From positions 19,238 to 83,237 of the forward strand of contig JAUNSG010000011.1 of assembly GCA_030539335.1 (NCBI GenBank): a stretch of DNA of 64,000 nt, written 5' to 3'. The DNA is from Eubacteriales bacterium (lineage in GTDB: Bacteria > Bacillota > Clostridia > Oscillospirales > Butyricicoccaceae). The translations under genes were made by a program, and so were the position numbers. Below are positions 38,460 through 52,464 of the stretch, in pieces; the first letter of the stretch is position 1, and each line of letters begins with the position of its first letter. The notes under the pieces are model-generated. The model made no database searches. It was given only the letters and a program-made list of their open reading frames with translations, and had not been told where the DNA came from.

Positions 38460-38838
38460 CGTGCTTTAGCGAGGTGGCTTGGTGTGTTACAGAGTACAGG
38501 ATGATGAGCGGAGACCGTCACAACAACGAAGGAAACAAATAGGAAGACCGTCAGCGGAGAAATCTGCCGGCGGTTTCTTTACCTGCCGGTTATGCGAATT
38601 TTGCCGTGTAGCAATTAGATATTTCAACAGGTACTGAAAAATTTGGTGCGTTTTTCTTTCAAGGTGGTCTCCAAATTTCCACATATTTTGGTGAAAAAAT
38701 GAAAATGTTTCGAGTATTTTTGGAACATTTTTTCAATATATACAGATATTTTTCGCAGAACACGCGTGTTTTGTAAATTATTCCATTGATTTTTCTTCCG
38801 AGCCGAGTATACTTAAAAATAATCTCATATTTCCATAA

Positions 38839-39112
38839 TGCAGTGAACAGGAACACGGATCTACCTGATTCAACCTTTCAGAGAGCCGCCGGATGGTGCG
38901 AGGCGGCAGGACACAGGCAGGTTTATCCCCTGCGAGCAGGCCATACAACAATTGGCGCTGTCAGTTCAGTAATATAGTCCGGCATCCCTCCGTTATCGGG
39001 AAGCGCATTTGCGGCAGAGCGGTCGTATCCACGACAATTGGAGTGGTATCGCGGAGGAAAATTCCAGCCTCCGTCTCCAGCGGTTTTTCACGCGGGAGAC
39101 GGGGGCTTTTCT
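38839..39112 (+). ncRNA. T-box riboswitch leader
   Basis: stem I start TGCAGTGAACAGG with AGAGA and GGTGCGA boxes; T-box AATTGGAGTGGTATCGCGG (39036-39054); antiterminator GAG-TGGTATC-GCGGAGG/CCTCCGT-CTC; terminator GCCTCCGTCTCC/GGAGACGGGGGC+T run; upstream TTGATT-N16-TATACT. Confidence 0.85.
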
Positions 39113-39156
39113 GTTGTTGGAAAGAGTGGGAATTCTATAAGGGAAGTGTTGTTATT

Positions 39157-40839
39157 ATGAATGGTCTCACCATGATGGCAGTTGCCATTGTCGTACTTGG
39201 CGGTGCATATCTGCTGTATGGCAAATGGCTCGCCAAAACCTGGGGCGTCGATCCGAATGCAAAGACGCCTGCTTATGAAATGGAAGATGGCGTGGATTAC
39301 GTCCCGGCGGACCGCGGCGTTGTCTTTGGTCATCAGTTCGCATCGATCGCCGGAGCCGGCCCGATCAATGGACCGATCCAGGCCGCGATTTTCGGCTGGG
39401 TGCCGGTATTGCTTTGGTGCCTGCTGGGCGGCGTCTTCTTCGGCGCAGTACAGGACTTTTCCGCTATGTATGCCTCGGTAAAGAACAAGGGACATTCCAT
39501 CGGCGTCATCATTGAGCTGTACGTCGGCAAATTGGGCAAGAAGCTGTTCCTTTTGTTCTGCTGGCTGTTCTCCATCCTCGTCGTTGCTGCATTTGCCGAT
39601 ATCGTTGCCGGAACCTTCAACGGCTTTGCGGAAGATGGCAGCCTGATCGCCGCCAATGCCTCGGTCGCAACCACCAGTATTCTGTTTATCGCCGCGGCGG
39701 TTTGCCTTGGCTTCTTCCTCAAGTACACGCATCTGCCTGCCGCAGCGAACACAGCCATTGCCATTGTCCTGCTGATTGCCTGCATTGCACTCGGCCTTAC
39801 ATTCCCGGTCTACCAGACGACCGGTTTCTGGCACATGTTTGTGTTTATCTACATCTTTATCGCATCCATCGTCCCGGTTTGGGCGCTGCTCCAGCCGCGT
39901 GACTATCTGAACAGCTATCTGCTGGTTGCCATGATTGTGGCCGCCGTTGTCGGTATCGTGGTGTATAATCCGTCCATGAATCTTCCGACCTTTACCGCAT
40001 TCAATGTCAACGGCTCGTATCTGTTCCCGACCCTGTTTGTCACCATTGCCTGCGGCGCGATTTCGGGATTCCATTCCCTCGTCTCTTCGGGTACGGCGAG
40101 CAAGCAGATCAAGAACGAGCGCGACATGCTGCCGGTCTCGTTCGGCGCGATGCTGATGGAAAGTATGCTGGCTGTGATCTCCCTTGTCTGCGTTGGCTTC
40201 CTCGCCAATGGCGCCGCTCTGCCGGACGGCACCCCGCCGCAGGTCTTTGCCTCCGCCATCGCCACGTTCTTAACCAAACTGGGGATTTCCGAAACCGTCT
40301 CCTCGACCTTGATCCTGTTGGCTGTTTCGGCCTTTGGCCTGACCTCGCTCGATTCCGTTGCGCGCGTCGGACGCCTCTCCTTCCAGGAATTCTTTGTCGA
40401 TGCCGACACGGACATGGATAACCTCTCGCCGACGGTGAAATTCTTATCCAATAAGTATGTCGCGACGGCGGCGACACTGGTTCTGGCGTTCGCATTGGCC
40501 AAGATGGGCTATGCCAACATCTGGCCTCTGTTCGGTTCCGCCAATCAGCTGCTCGGTGCACTGTCGCTCATCGCCTGTGCGGTATTCCTCAAGCACACGC
40601 ACCGCAAGGGCTTTATGCTGTGGTTCCCGATGGTCTGCATGCTCGGCATCACCTTCACGGCGCTGACACTCAAGATTATCGCGCTGGCAACCGCCCTCTT
40701 CGGCGGTACCACAGTCAATGCCTTTGGCGACGGCCTTCAGCTGGTATTCGCTGTCCTGCTGTTCGCCCTCGGCGTGATTGTCGCCGTCATGGGCATCCGC
40801 AAGCTGGTGGAAAAGGAGCCGGTGCGCAGCAACGCATAA
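39157..40839 (+). CDS. cstA: carbon starvation protein A family peptide/pyruvate transporter
   Basis: DGVDYVP, FGHQFASIAGAGPINGP, IACGAISGFH, IWPLFGSANQLL; start MNGL at 39157. Confidence 0.93.
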   Translation: MNGLTMMAVAIVVLGGAYLLYGKWLAKTWGVDPNAKTPAYEMEDGVDYVPADRGVVFGHQFASIAGAGPINGPIQAAIFGWVPVLLWCLLGGVFFGAVQDFSAMYASVKNKGHSIGVIIELYVGKLGKKLFLLFCWLFSILVVAAFADIVAGTFNGFAEDGSLIAANASVATTSILFIAAAVCLGFFLKYTHLPAAANTAIAIVLLIACIALGLTFPVYQTTGFWHMFVFIYIFIASIVPVWALLQPRDYLNSYLLVAMIVAAVVGIVVYNPSMNLPTFTAFNVNGSYLFPTLFVTIACGAISGFHSLVSSGTASKQIKNERDMLPVSFGAMLMESMLAVISLVCVGFLANGAALPDGTPPQVFASAIATFLTKLGISETVSSTLILLAVSAFGLTSLDSVARVGRLSFQEFFVDADTDMDNLSPTVKFLSNKYVATAATLVLAFALAKMGYANIWPLFGSANQLLGALSLIACAVFLKHTHRKGFMLWFPMVCMLGITFTALTLKIIALATALFGGTTVNAFGDGLQLVFAVLLFALGVIVAVMGIRKLVEKEPVRSNA

Positions 40840-41098
40840 CGGATTTCTGAAAAAGTGTACAGAAAAATTTTTAAGCCGCTGGGGAGCGATCCGCTCCCCA
40901 ACGGCCTTCTCTTTGTCAGAGCAAATCCGGATCTAAAAATCGCAAGGAGTACGTTAACATGCCGAATTTGACAATTTCTTGACTTTTCCTTTCCCATTTG
41001 CTACAATAACAGATATTAAATAGGAACGTGCGTAATCCATGAGTTATCTCCGGCCTGCGCACTTTTTGTTTTGCTTTACCGGATCGGAGAGGATTCTT

Positions 41099-42472
41099 AT
41101 GCAAGAAAAACAAAATCCATTGAAAACCGAACGGATCAGTGTCCTGCTCCGTCGGTTTGCCGTCCCCAGTATCATCGCGATGCTGGTCGGCGCCCTGTAC
41201 AACATTGTCGACCAGTTTTTTATCGGGCAAAGTATCGGGGAGCTGGGCAATGCGGCAACCAATGTCGCATTCCCGCTGAGTACCATGTGCATCGCCATCT
41301 CCCTGCTGTTTGGCATCGGCGGCGCCTCCGCCTTTAACCTGACCATGGGGCGCGGCGACCCCAAGCGTGCGATACATTTCATCGGCAACGCCGCCGCCAT
41401 GCTGGTCCTGTGCGGCACGGTGCTGTGTATTGTCGTGCGGCTCTTTCTCACGCCGATGCTCTGTGCCTTCGGTGCGCCGGACAATGTGCTCCCGCTGGCC
41501 CGCACCTATACCGGAATCACCAGCCTTGGCTTCCCGTTTTTGATTTTATCCACCGGCGGCGGCCACTTGATCCGTGCGGACGGCAGTCCCCGGTTTTCAA
41601 TGACATGCAATCTGACCGGTGCGATCATCAACACGATCCTCGATCCGCTGTTTATTTTCGGCTTCGGCTGGGGCATGGCAGGTGCTGCACTGGCGACCAT
41701 TATCGGCCAGTTTGTCGCGGCGATCCTGGTCATCCGCTATCTGATGCATTACAAAACCGTGCCGCTTCAGCGCAGGCACCTGCGTCCGCGTTGGGAGTAT
41801 ATCCGTTGGATCATGTCGCTCGGCGCGGCAAGCTGTTTCAATCAGATTGCCATTACCGTCGTACAGATCGTCATGAACAACTCGTTGACGTATTACGGCG
41901 CGCTGTCCATCTATGGGGAATCCATTCCGCTGGCCTGCGCCGGCATCATCACCAAGGTCAATCAGATCTTTTTGTCGGTTATCATCGGCCTGGCACAGGC
42001 AATCCAGCCGCTGGCCAGCTTCAATTACGGCGCAAAGCAATACGGCCGCGTCCGTCAGACCTATCGCCTCGCGGTCTCGGTTGGCTTTTCGATCGCCCTT
42101 TTGTCCTTCGTTGTGTTCCAAGGCATTCCGCGTCAGATTATTTCGCTGTTTGGCTCCGGTGACGAGCTGTATTTCCAGTTTGCGGTCTCCTATTTCCGCA
42201 TCTTCCTGCTCTGCACCTTCCTCAACTTCCTGCAGCCGATCACATCGACCTTTTTCACCGCGATCGGCAAACCGAAGAAGGGTATGTTCCTGTCCATGAC
42301 CCGTCAGATCCTGTTCCTTCTGCCGCTGATCGTGATTCTGCCGCTTTGGTTTGGCATCGACGGCATCCTGTACTCCGGGCCGATTGCGGACTTTATCGCC
42401 GCGCTGGTATCCTTCCTCATGATCCGTTTTGAGATGCGGCATATGCCGGCCGACGGCTGCCCCGCATCCTGA
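41099..42472 (+). CDS. MATE-family efflux transporter (MepA-like)
   Basis: FAVPSII, YNIVDQFFIG, NTILDPLFIF, GAALATIIGQ, QPLASFNYGA. Confidence 0.93.
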   Translation: MQEKQNPLKTERISVLLRRFAVPSIIAMLVGALYNIVDQFFIGQSIGELGNAATNVAFPLSTMCIAISLLFGIGGASAFNLTMGRGDPKRAIHFIGNAAAMLVLCGTVLCIVVRLFLTPMLCAFGAPDNVLPLARTYTGITSLGFPFLILSTGGGHLIRADGSPRFSMTCNLTGAIINTILDPLFIFGFGWGMAGAALATIIGQFVAAILVIRYLMHYKTVPLQRRHLRPRWEYIRWIMSLGAASCFNQIAITVVQIVMNNSLTYYGALSIYGESIPLACAGIITKVNQIFLSVIIGLAQAIQPLASFNYGAKQYGRVRQTYRLAVSVGFSIALLSFVVFQGIPRQIISLFGSGDELYFQFAVSYFRIFLLCTFLNFLQPITSTFFTAIGKPKKGMFLSMTRQILFLLPLIVILPLWFGIDGILYSGPIADFIAALVSFLMIRFEMRHMPADGCPAS

Positions 42473-42631
42473 TATATGTGCAAAAAAACACCGCTGGGAG
42501 CGCGCGCTCCCGGCGGTGTTCCGATTTTATAACAGATCATTCAATTCCTGCCATAACGAAATTGCAGAGAGCCGATCCGCATGGTATACTATTGTTAAAT
42601 ATTGAGAGACTGCCAATGGGAGGTTGCCGCG

Positions 42632-43366
42632 ATGTTCACCGTAGAAGAGATTCAAAGCCTGAATGAACTGGAACTGGCTGTCTATGAGTACGTTATGCAG
42701 CACAAGAGCACGGTTGCATATATGCGGATTCGGGAACTGGCAACCGAGTCGCACGTGTCCACAACGACGGTGCTCCGATTCTGCAAGAAGATGGGCTGTG
42801 ACGGCTATGCAGAATTCAAGCTCCGGATGAAAGAATACATCGGACAGAAGCAGATCTCGGAGCTGCCGGAGGATTTTTCGGAGATCAAGGCGTTTTTTGA
42901 CCGGATGGAAAACCCGAAATTTCAAAAGAAGCTGGACGAAGCGACGGCGCTGATCACCAAGGCCGACCGTGTCGTTTTCATTGGCATAGGCAATTCCGGG
43001 CACATCGGGCAGTATGGTGCGCGGTACTTTACGAACCTTGGAAAGTTCAGTCTGTACATTTCCGACCCATTCTATCCGGTGAACATGCTGGACACCATGT
43101 CGACGGTAGCGGTTGTCCTGTCCGTGTCCGGAGAACCGCAGCAGATCATTCAAATCGTCAATGGTCTGAAAAAGTCCGGCTGTCAAATGATTGCGATTAC
43201 CAATTCCGAACAGAGCACGTTGGCAAAACTGGCCGATATTGCACTGACGTATTATATCACGATGCACCGGGGAGAAAATAATATCGATTTTACCTCGCAG
43301 ATTCCAGCGATTCATCTGGTAGAGACCCTGGGGAAGCGGGTGCGGAACCGGCTTGCCGAGCGCTGA
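42632..43366 (+). CDS. MurR/RpiR-family regulator
   Basis: HVSTTTVLRFCKKMG HTH plus SIS domain (GIGNS, LSVSGE). Confidence 0.92.
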   Translation: MFTVEEIQSLNELELAVYEYVMQHKSTVAYMRIRELATESHVSTTTVLRFCKKMGCDGYAEFKLRMKEYIGQKQISELPEDFSEIKAFFDRMENPKFQKKLDEATALITKADRVVFIGIGNSGHIGQYGARYFTNLGKFSLYISDPFYPVNMLDTMSTVAVVLSVSGEPQQIIQIVNGLKKSGCQMIAITNSEQSTLAKLADIALTYYITMHRGENNIDFTSQIPAIHLVETLGKRVRNRLAER

Positions 43367-43598
43367 GCGCAGGAAAAGACAAGGGAATCAAACGGTTGAG
43401 AAAACAGGTTGTTTTTTGGAAGGAACATGTTCCGAAAATACATGCCTGTTTTTTCTTGTGTCAAAAATACTGACTTTTCCGGACATTTTTTCTATAATAA
43501 ACACAGTTAACAAACCCGGCGCCGGACGAAACCCAATTCTGTAGAATGGCCAAGATACAGAAGGAAAGAAAAAAGAAAGAAAATGGGAGGAATCCACT

Positions 43599-46923
<3,325 letters not shown>

Positions 46924-47101
46924 CGCGATTTGATCCATAGTCCCCCCCGATAAGACCTGTCAGGCGAATGTCTTCGGACTTCGTCTGGCAGGTTTTTTCC
47001 TGCGGTTTCCGAAGGGGCACAGGATGCCGGTTATAAACACGTTCCGGTTGTTGGTTTTTTTGAAAAAAAACACCCGCCGAGCGCGGATGTATCTGGGGAG
47101 A

Positions 47102-48214
47102 TCACGCGGCTCCGGAGGGCTTGTGGATGTCTTCCCGCAGGAGGCGGTAGGCGGCCGCCGCAAGGGGGACGCTCAACAGCATGCCGAACACACCCATCAT
47201 GCCGCCGCCGACCGTGACGGCAGCCAGCACCCAGATGGCGGGCAGTCCCAGAGAAGACCCGACCACGCGGGGATAAATCAGATTCCCTTCCAACTGCTGC
47301 AGAACAACGATGAAAATCAGGAAGATGACGGCCTTCACCGGGGATACGGTCAATATCATAAAGGCCCCCACACCGGCGCCGAGGTAAGCGCCCGCAACCG
47401 GGATGAGTGCGGTAAAGCCCACCAGTGCGCCGATCATTGCCGCATACGGCAGGCGCAGGAGCAGCATACCGGCGATGCAAAGCAGGCCGAGGATGACCGC
47501 TTCGGTGCACTGCCCCACAATATACCGATGGAAGCAGTCGTTCAAAACCGAAAGCAGATCGATTGTTTTGTCGTACCAGCGCGGCTTCAGATAGCGTTTC
47601 ATCAGCCGGTTGCACTGACGGCGAAGCGTTTCTTTCCCGATCAGAAGATAAATGGCAAAGATCGTGCTGAGCAGCGCGGTGACAAAACCGGAAAAGACCG
47701 TGGAGATCGTGCGGATGACGACATCCATGACATTGCCGAAACCGGAGGTCAGCACCTGCAGGAACTGCACGGTTTTGGACTGCCAATCGACCGCAGACAG
47801 CGTATGCGCCACAGTCTCCGGCAGGATGTTCAGGCTTTCCAGCCCGGATGTCAGGGCGGCCAGGGTGTCCGGCAGGGTTGCAAAGATCAGCTGGATGCAG
47901 GAAGAGAGCTGCGGGACAACCAGGCGGAGAATGAGGGCGATGACGGCGATTAATGTGAGAAAGGCCGCCGCCATACAGACCGGCCGGCGGCTTTTGATGG
48001 CGGCGCTGTGGTTGGATTTGACGAAATAATGCCGTTCATAGAAGCTCATCAGGATGTTGAGCAGATAGGCAATGACACAGCCGATCCAGAGCGGTGCGGC
48101 GGCACCGAGCAGGGTGATGACAAAGCCTACGGCATCGTTCCAGTAAAGGATGCACAGGTACAGAAGAAATACACTGACACCAAGGCGAAAGCAATGATTC
48201 CATTCGATTTTCAT
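47102..48214 (-). CDS. AI-2E family transporter
   Basis: YIVGQ, ALIPVAG, QQLEGNLIYPRVVG. Confidence 0.9.
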   Translation of the reverse strand: MKIEWNHCFRLGVSVFLLYLCILYWNDAVGFVITLLGAAAPLWIGCVIAYLLNILMSFYERHYFVKSNHSAAIKSRRPVCMAAAFLTLIAVIALILRLVVPQLSSCIQLIFATLPDTLAALTSGLESLNILPETVAHTLSAVDWQSKTVQFLQVLTSGFGNVMDVVIRTISTVFSGFVTALLSTIFAIYLLIGKETLRRQCNRLMKRYLKPRWYDKTIDLLSVLNDCFHRYIVGQCTEAVILGLLCIAGMLLLRLPYAAMIGALVGFTALIPVAGAYLGAGVGAFMILTVSPVKAVIFLIFIVVLQQLEGNLIYPRVVGSSLGLPAIWVLAAVTVGGGMMGVFGMLLSVPLAAAAYRLLREDIHKPSGAA

Positions 48215-48249
48215 ATCAAAGCCTCTCTTGTTCTATCGGTTGTGATCCA

Positions 48250-49128
48250 TTACTCACTCTGGGAGGCGAGGAGCGGCTCGTCCCCACGGGAGATCAGATA
48301 GTAATAATCACAGGCATCGGTGACGGCGCGGGTCTTGATGAGAACCATACCGAGCGTATCCGTCGTCGTGACATTTTTCTTGCGGGTTTCATTTTCGTGC
48401 CATTTTCCCCGCAGGTAAAAGGGATCCATCACCGCCAGGGTCTTGTCGTCCACCTGTCCGATGATGGCGACATAGTGGCCGCTTTCGGCAAACAGATCGG
48501 TCGTTCCCCCATACAGTCCGGGGGTGTGAGCCAGAGCCATGCCGCCCGCCGTGATGTGCTCTTTCAGTTTGCGCTTGGAGCGGGTTAAGCTGTACTGGAA
48601 TCCACCCCATTTTTCCTGTGCGGCCGCCAACAGCTTGCGCGGATGGGTGCCGCCGTTGTAGCGCGCCCCGCAGTCGGTCGCCAGACGGCACATCGTGAGT
48701 GTGGTCGCCTCTTCAATTCCGCAATAGTTGCGCAGGATATTGCCGACGGAAACCGGACAGCAGCCGCCGGATGAGATGGTGGCCCCCTCCGGAAGGCCCT
48801 TTTTGTTGGTGTATTCCGTGTGGCGATAGCTCGTTTGAATTTCATAGTCGGGGAAATCCAGGGAAAGATTTGCCGTATAGACATAACCGATCTTTCCATT
48901 GACCTTGAGCTTGCACCAGTTCCCGGAGCGGGACATGCGGAGAATGGTCCGGGTTTCTCCCGGCTGCATTTGTGTCAGCAACTCGCTGGAGGATTTGGCA
49001 TAGGCCCGGACATCTGCCGGACGGATCGCGGTCGCCGTCGCATCCATCGCCAGCGAGGCAGAGGAGAGTAGCGTAGTGAGAACGAGTGCAGCAATACCTC
49101 CATAAACTGCTTTTCGGATAAATTTCAT
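48250..49128 (-). CDS. secreted SH3 + C39-like cysteine peptidase
   Basis: signal peptide; WCKLKVNGKIGYV SH3b; GGCCPVS, GHYVAI, VMDP catalytic residues. Confidence 0.75.
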   Translation of the reverse strand: MKFIRKAVYGGIAALVLTTLLSSASLAMDATATAIRPADVRAYAKSSSELLTQMQPGETRTILRMSRSGNWCKLKVNGKIGYVYTANLSLDFPDYEIQTSYRHTEYTNKKGLPEGATISSGGCCPVSVGNILRNYCGIEEATTLTMCRLATDCGARYNGGTHPRKLLAAAQEKWGGFQYSLTRSKRKLKEHITAGGMALAHTPGLYGGTTDLFAESGHYVAIIGQVDDKTLAVMDPFYLRGKWHENETRKKNVTTTDTLGMVLIKTRAVTDACDYYYLISRGDEPLLASQSE

Positions 49129-49441
49129 AATACTACCTCAAATACTCGAAAAAGGATTGTTTTTTAGTCATTGTAGGGAAAAATGGGCGATTGTCAACAC
49201 CAAAGTGTGGAATAACCGGTTTTTCTGTCGCAGGTCCCGGGGCGGGGCTTACAACGTATCATTTGAAACGGAATAACCGTGTAGCAGACGCCCCCGGATA
49301 TCAGAAAATTACCTGTGCGGTAAAAAAGTTACGGTTGAACCGAGGGAGGAGCGGTGGTATTCTGTAACCAGGGAAAGCATTCCCCCTTGTGCCCGCCAAT
49401 AAACTATATCTGGGGAACACCGCAGTCATTCCGGACTTGAA

Positions 49442-50365
49442 TTGGAAAATCAGGGACAAGGAATTTGTCATGGAATTTCACAGGATACGGTTATGTTTGA
49501 TTCTCTTATTTTTACGGATAAGGACCAGGCCGCGCCGGAGCATCCGATGGCGGAACTGCTTTGGGTTCGCAGTGCCCGTTCCTTTCAATTGGAACCACAT
49601 GAGAGCTATTATGGTGACAAGCAGCCGGAGGAGCTGCTTGTGTTTGCACTGCAAAAAGGGGAACTGAATGTGGAATCCGACTTCCTTCACGGGATCGTGG
49701 GGAGTGGACAGGTGTTTTTTCTGCCGCAGCAGACGCGGGACTGCAGCCTGACGGCGCGTCAGGACAGCGAGGGCATCGTGTTTGCCCTGGCCGGTTCTCT
49801 TCTGGAGCGCATTTTGGGTGAGCACATCCGGGAACAGCGGCTGTACTGCCCGCATGGCCTGCCCGGTATTTTGGATGCCGCCGCGGCGCTGCAAAGCGAG
49901 GCGATGTATCCGGAGCAGAATTCCGCCCTTGCCTACCGGCTGCTGATGGAGCTGTATCGAATGGCGGAGCGGTATGAGGGAAAACCCGGTTATCCGCCGT
50001 TGGTGGAGGCGGCGATGGGGATCATCCAGGAGGAATTTGCCCAGCTCGACGGCGTTTCGGAGGTTGCCGAACGGCTTGGCGTTTCCGAGAACCATCTGAT
50101 CCGGCTGTTTTCCCAGCATGTTGGGATCTCGCCGGGACGCTGCCTGAGAAAGCGGCGGATGCACTATGCCCGGGAGCTGCTCGCGCATTCGGATCTGCCG
50201 GTGTCGCTGATAGCGGAGCTGACGGGCTTTGCAGAAGCCAATTATTTTTCCAAGGTATTCCGCAGGGAAACCGGGCTGTCGCCGAGCGAGTATGCGCGCC
50301 AGTATGCGCAGACGGAGGCGATCGAACCATCTGTCCGCCGGCGAATGGACGAACTCTATTTGTAG
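49442..50365 (+). CDS. AraC-family regulator
   Basis: HLIRLFSQHVGISP, TGFAEANYFSKVFRRETGLSP; exact start uncertain. Confidence 0.85.
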   Translation: MENQGQGICHGISQDTVMFDSLIFTDKDQAAPEHPMAELLWVRSARSFQLEPHESYYGDKQPEELLVFALQKGELNVESDFLHGIVGSGQVFFLPQQTRDCSLTARQDSEGIVFALAGSLLERILGEHIREQRLYCPHGLPGILDAAAALQSEAMYPEQNSALAYRLLMELYRMAERYEGKPGYPPLVEAAMGIIQEEFAQLDGVSEVAERLGVSENHLIRLFSQHVGISPGRCLRKRRMHYARELLAHSDLPVSLIAELTGFAEANYFSKVFRRETGLSPSEYARQYAQTEAIEPSVRRRMDELYL

Positions 50366-50524
50366 TACCGAACGAATCTCGTGTGACAAAACTGTGCCGC
50401 GGCGCGTCTCGCGGTACGGTTTTTTTTCTTTGGTGTGCGGCGCGGGTCGGCGCTGTTTGCAGACAGGGACAATCTGTGGTAAAATAGGAAAACAAATTGA
50501 ATTTGTGGAAGGGAGAAAGGACAG

Positions 50525-51514
50525 ATGTCAATTTTAGTATTGGGCGGCGCGGGCTACATCGGTTCGCACACCGTATATGAACTGATTGACGCGGGGAAAG
50601 AGGTCGTCATCGCGGATAATCTGGAGACCGGACACATCGAGGCGGTCCATCCGAAGGCAAAATTCTATCCGGGTGACATCCGCGACCGCGCGTTTGTGGA
50701 TTCGGTCTTTGAGAATGAGACGATTGAGGGCGTCATCCATTTCGCGGCCAATTCGCTGGTCGGGGAGTCCATGACCAACCCGCTCAAGTATTACGACAAC
50801 AACCTGTGCGGCACCAAGGTTCTGCTGGAATCCATGGTGGCACACGGCATCGATAAGATTGTATTCTCGTCCACGGCGGCGACGTACGGCGAGCCGGAGC
50901 GCGTCCCGATTCTGGAGACCGACCGCACCGAGCCGACCAACTGCTATGGCGAGACCAAGCTCAGCATGGAAAAGATGTTCCGGTGGACGAGCGCGGCACA
51001 TGGCCTGCGGTTTGTCTCCCTGCGCTACTTCAATGCCTGCGGCGCGCATGTGTCCGGCACAATCGGCGAGGCGCACAACCCGGAATCCCACCTGATTCCG
51101 CTGATTTTGCAGGTTCCGAACGGGAAGCGCGAGTTTATCTCGATCTTTGGCGACGACTACGACACCAAGGACGGCACGTGCATCCGCGACTACATCCATG
51201 TCACCGACCTGGCACAGGCGCATATCCTCGCGATGGACTATCTGATGAACGGCGGGGAGAACAACATTTTCAACCTCGGAAACGGCGTCGGCTTCACGGT
51301 CAAGGAAGTCATCGACACCGCGCGCAAGGTGACCGGTCATCCGATCCCGGCGAAGACCACCCCGCGCCGCGCGGGCGATCCGGCACAGCTCATCGCATCG
51401 AGCGAGAAGGCCCGTTCGGTGCTCGGCTGGGACCCACAGCACGCCGACCTCGAGGAGATCATTGCGACGGCGTGGAACTGGCACAAGAACCATCCAAACG
51501 GCTTTGCAACGTAA
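50525..51514 (+). CDS. galE: UDP-glucose 4-epimerase
   Basis: GGAGYIGSH, SSTAATYG, YGETK, RYFNACGA, RDYIHV. Confidence 0.96.
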   Translation: MSILVLGGAGYIGSHTVYELIDAGKEVVIADNLETGHIEAVHPKAKFYPGDIRDRAFVDSVFENETIEGVIHFAANSLVGESMTNPLKYYDNNLCGTKVLLESMVAHGIDKIVFSSTAATYGEPERVPILETDRTEPTNCYGETKLSMEKMFRWTSAAHGLRFVSLRYFNACGAHVSGTIGEAHNPESHLIPLILQVPNGKREFISIFGDDYDTKDGTCIRDYIHVTDLAQAHILAMDYLMNGGENNIFNLGNGVGFTVKEVIDTARKVTGHPIPAKTTPRRAGDPAQLIASSEKARSVLGWDPQHADLEEIIATAWNWHKNHPNGFAT

Positions 51515-51713
51515 AAAAGCACACAGAAAAGAAGACCGCTGCATCATGCAGCGGTCTTTGTGTTTCTTTGTGGATTATTCTTCTGCTTTTCTTCTCAGGA
51601 AGCCGAATGCATAGGGGAAAAGTTGGGATTGCAGAGAACAGACCGGAAATGCTATAATCAAGGTGACCATAGACTTGTGGCGAGAAAACCGAAACGAAAA
51701 AAGGAGAGGTAAC

Positions 51714-52403
51714 ATGAAAAAGATCAAAGGGATCACAATGGCCGTGCTGGCAGGCGTCCTGGCGGTACTGCTGACCGCCTGTGGCTCGTCGTTCGACGCC
51801 GGAAAGTATATGCAGGCGGGGCTGGATGCCGCGATCCGCGGGGAATTTACGGATTATGTGGAGATCACAGGGATCACGGAGGAAGAAGCCGAGCAGGAAT
51901 ACAATGAGATTCTGGATTCGTTTACCGAGCAGATGAACGAGCTGGGGCTGTCGGACGAGCTGAATGAGAAGTACCGCACGTTCTTTGCCGATCTGCTCAA
52001 AAAGACCAAGTATGAGGTCAAGGATATCCGCAGCGGCGAAGAAAAGGGCAGCTATGATGTTGACATTGAGATTCAGCCGGTCACCGGTGTCTTTGACGGC
52101 CTGATGGATGAGCTGAATGACGTGGTGGATGAGTATATTGAGGAGATCCTCGGCAGTGGAGAGATCCCGACTGAGGAGGAGCTGACCGAATGGGCTGGCG
52201 AACAGGTATATGCCATCCTTTCGGCGAAGCTGGATGACGTATCCTATGGCGATGCGGAGACGGTTACCGTCACCATCGCAAAGGATGACAGCGGGGAATA
52301 CACGGTTTCGGACGATGATCTGGGGGCCGTTGCACTCAAGCTGATTGATCTGGGCGATCTGAAGGAATACGCCGAGGACGCGTTGGAGGACGCGGCGGAA
52401 TAA
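51714..52403 (+). CDS. acidic lipoprotein of unknown function
   Basis: MKK start, lipobox LLTAC, Asp/Glu-rich. Confidence 0.75.
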   Translation: MKKIKGITMAVLAGVLAVLLTACGSSFDAGKYMQAGLDAAIRGEFTDYVEITGITEEEAEQEYNEILDSFTEQMNELGLSDELNEKYRTFFADLLKKTKYEVKDIRSGEEKGSYDVDIEIQPVTGVFDGLMDELNDVVDEYIEEILGSGEIPTEEELTEWAGEQVYAILSAKLDDVSYGDAETVTVTIAKDDSGEYTVSDDDLGAVALKLIDLGDLKEYAEDALEDAAE

Positions 52404-52464
52404 CCGTTGGGAAACGAAGAAAAAAAGAGCACGGCCAGGATTTTCCCGGCCGTGCTTTTATCTT

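Noticed and set aside
41025-41098. Riboswitch upstream of the MATE gene
   Set aside because: Short possible pairings only; no match to an aptamer consensus I know.
40874-42521. Similar GGGAGCG/CGCTCCC hairpins at about 40875 and 42490 as a REP-like repeat family
   Set aside because: Only two loosely similar copies, both right after stop codons; ordinary terminators.
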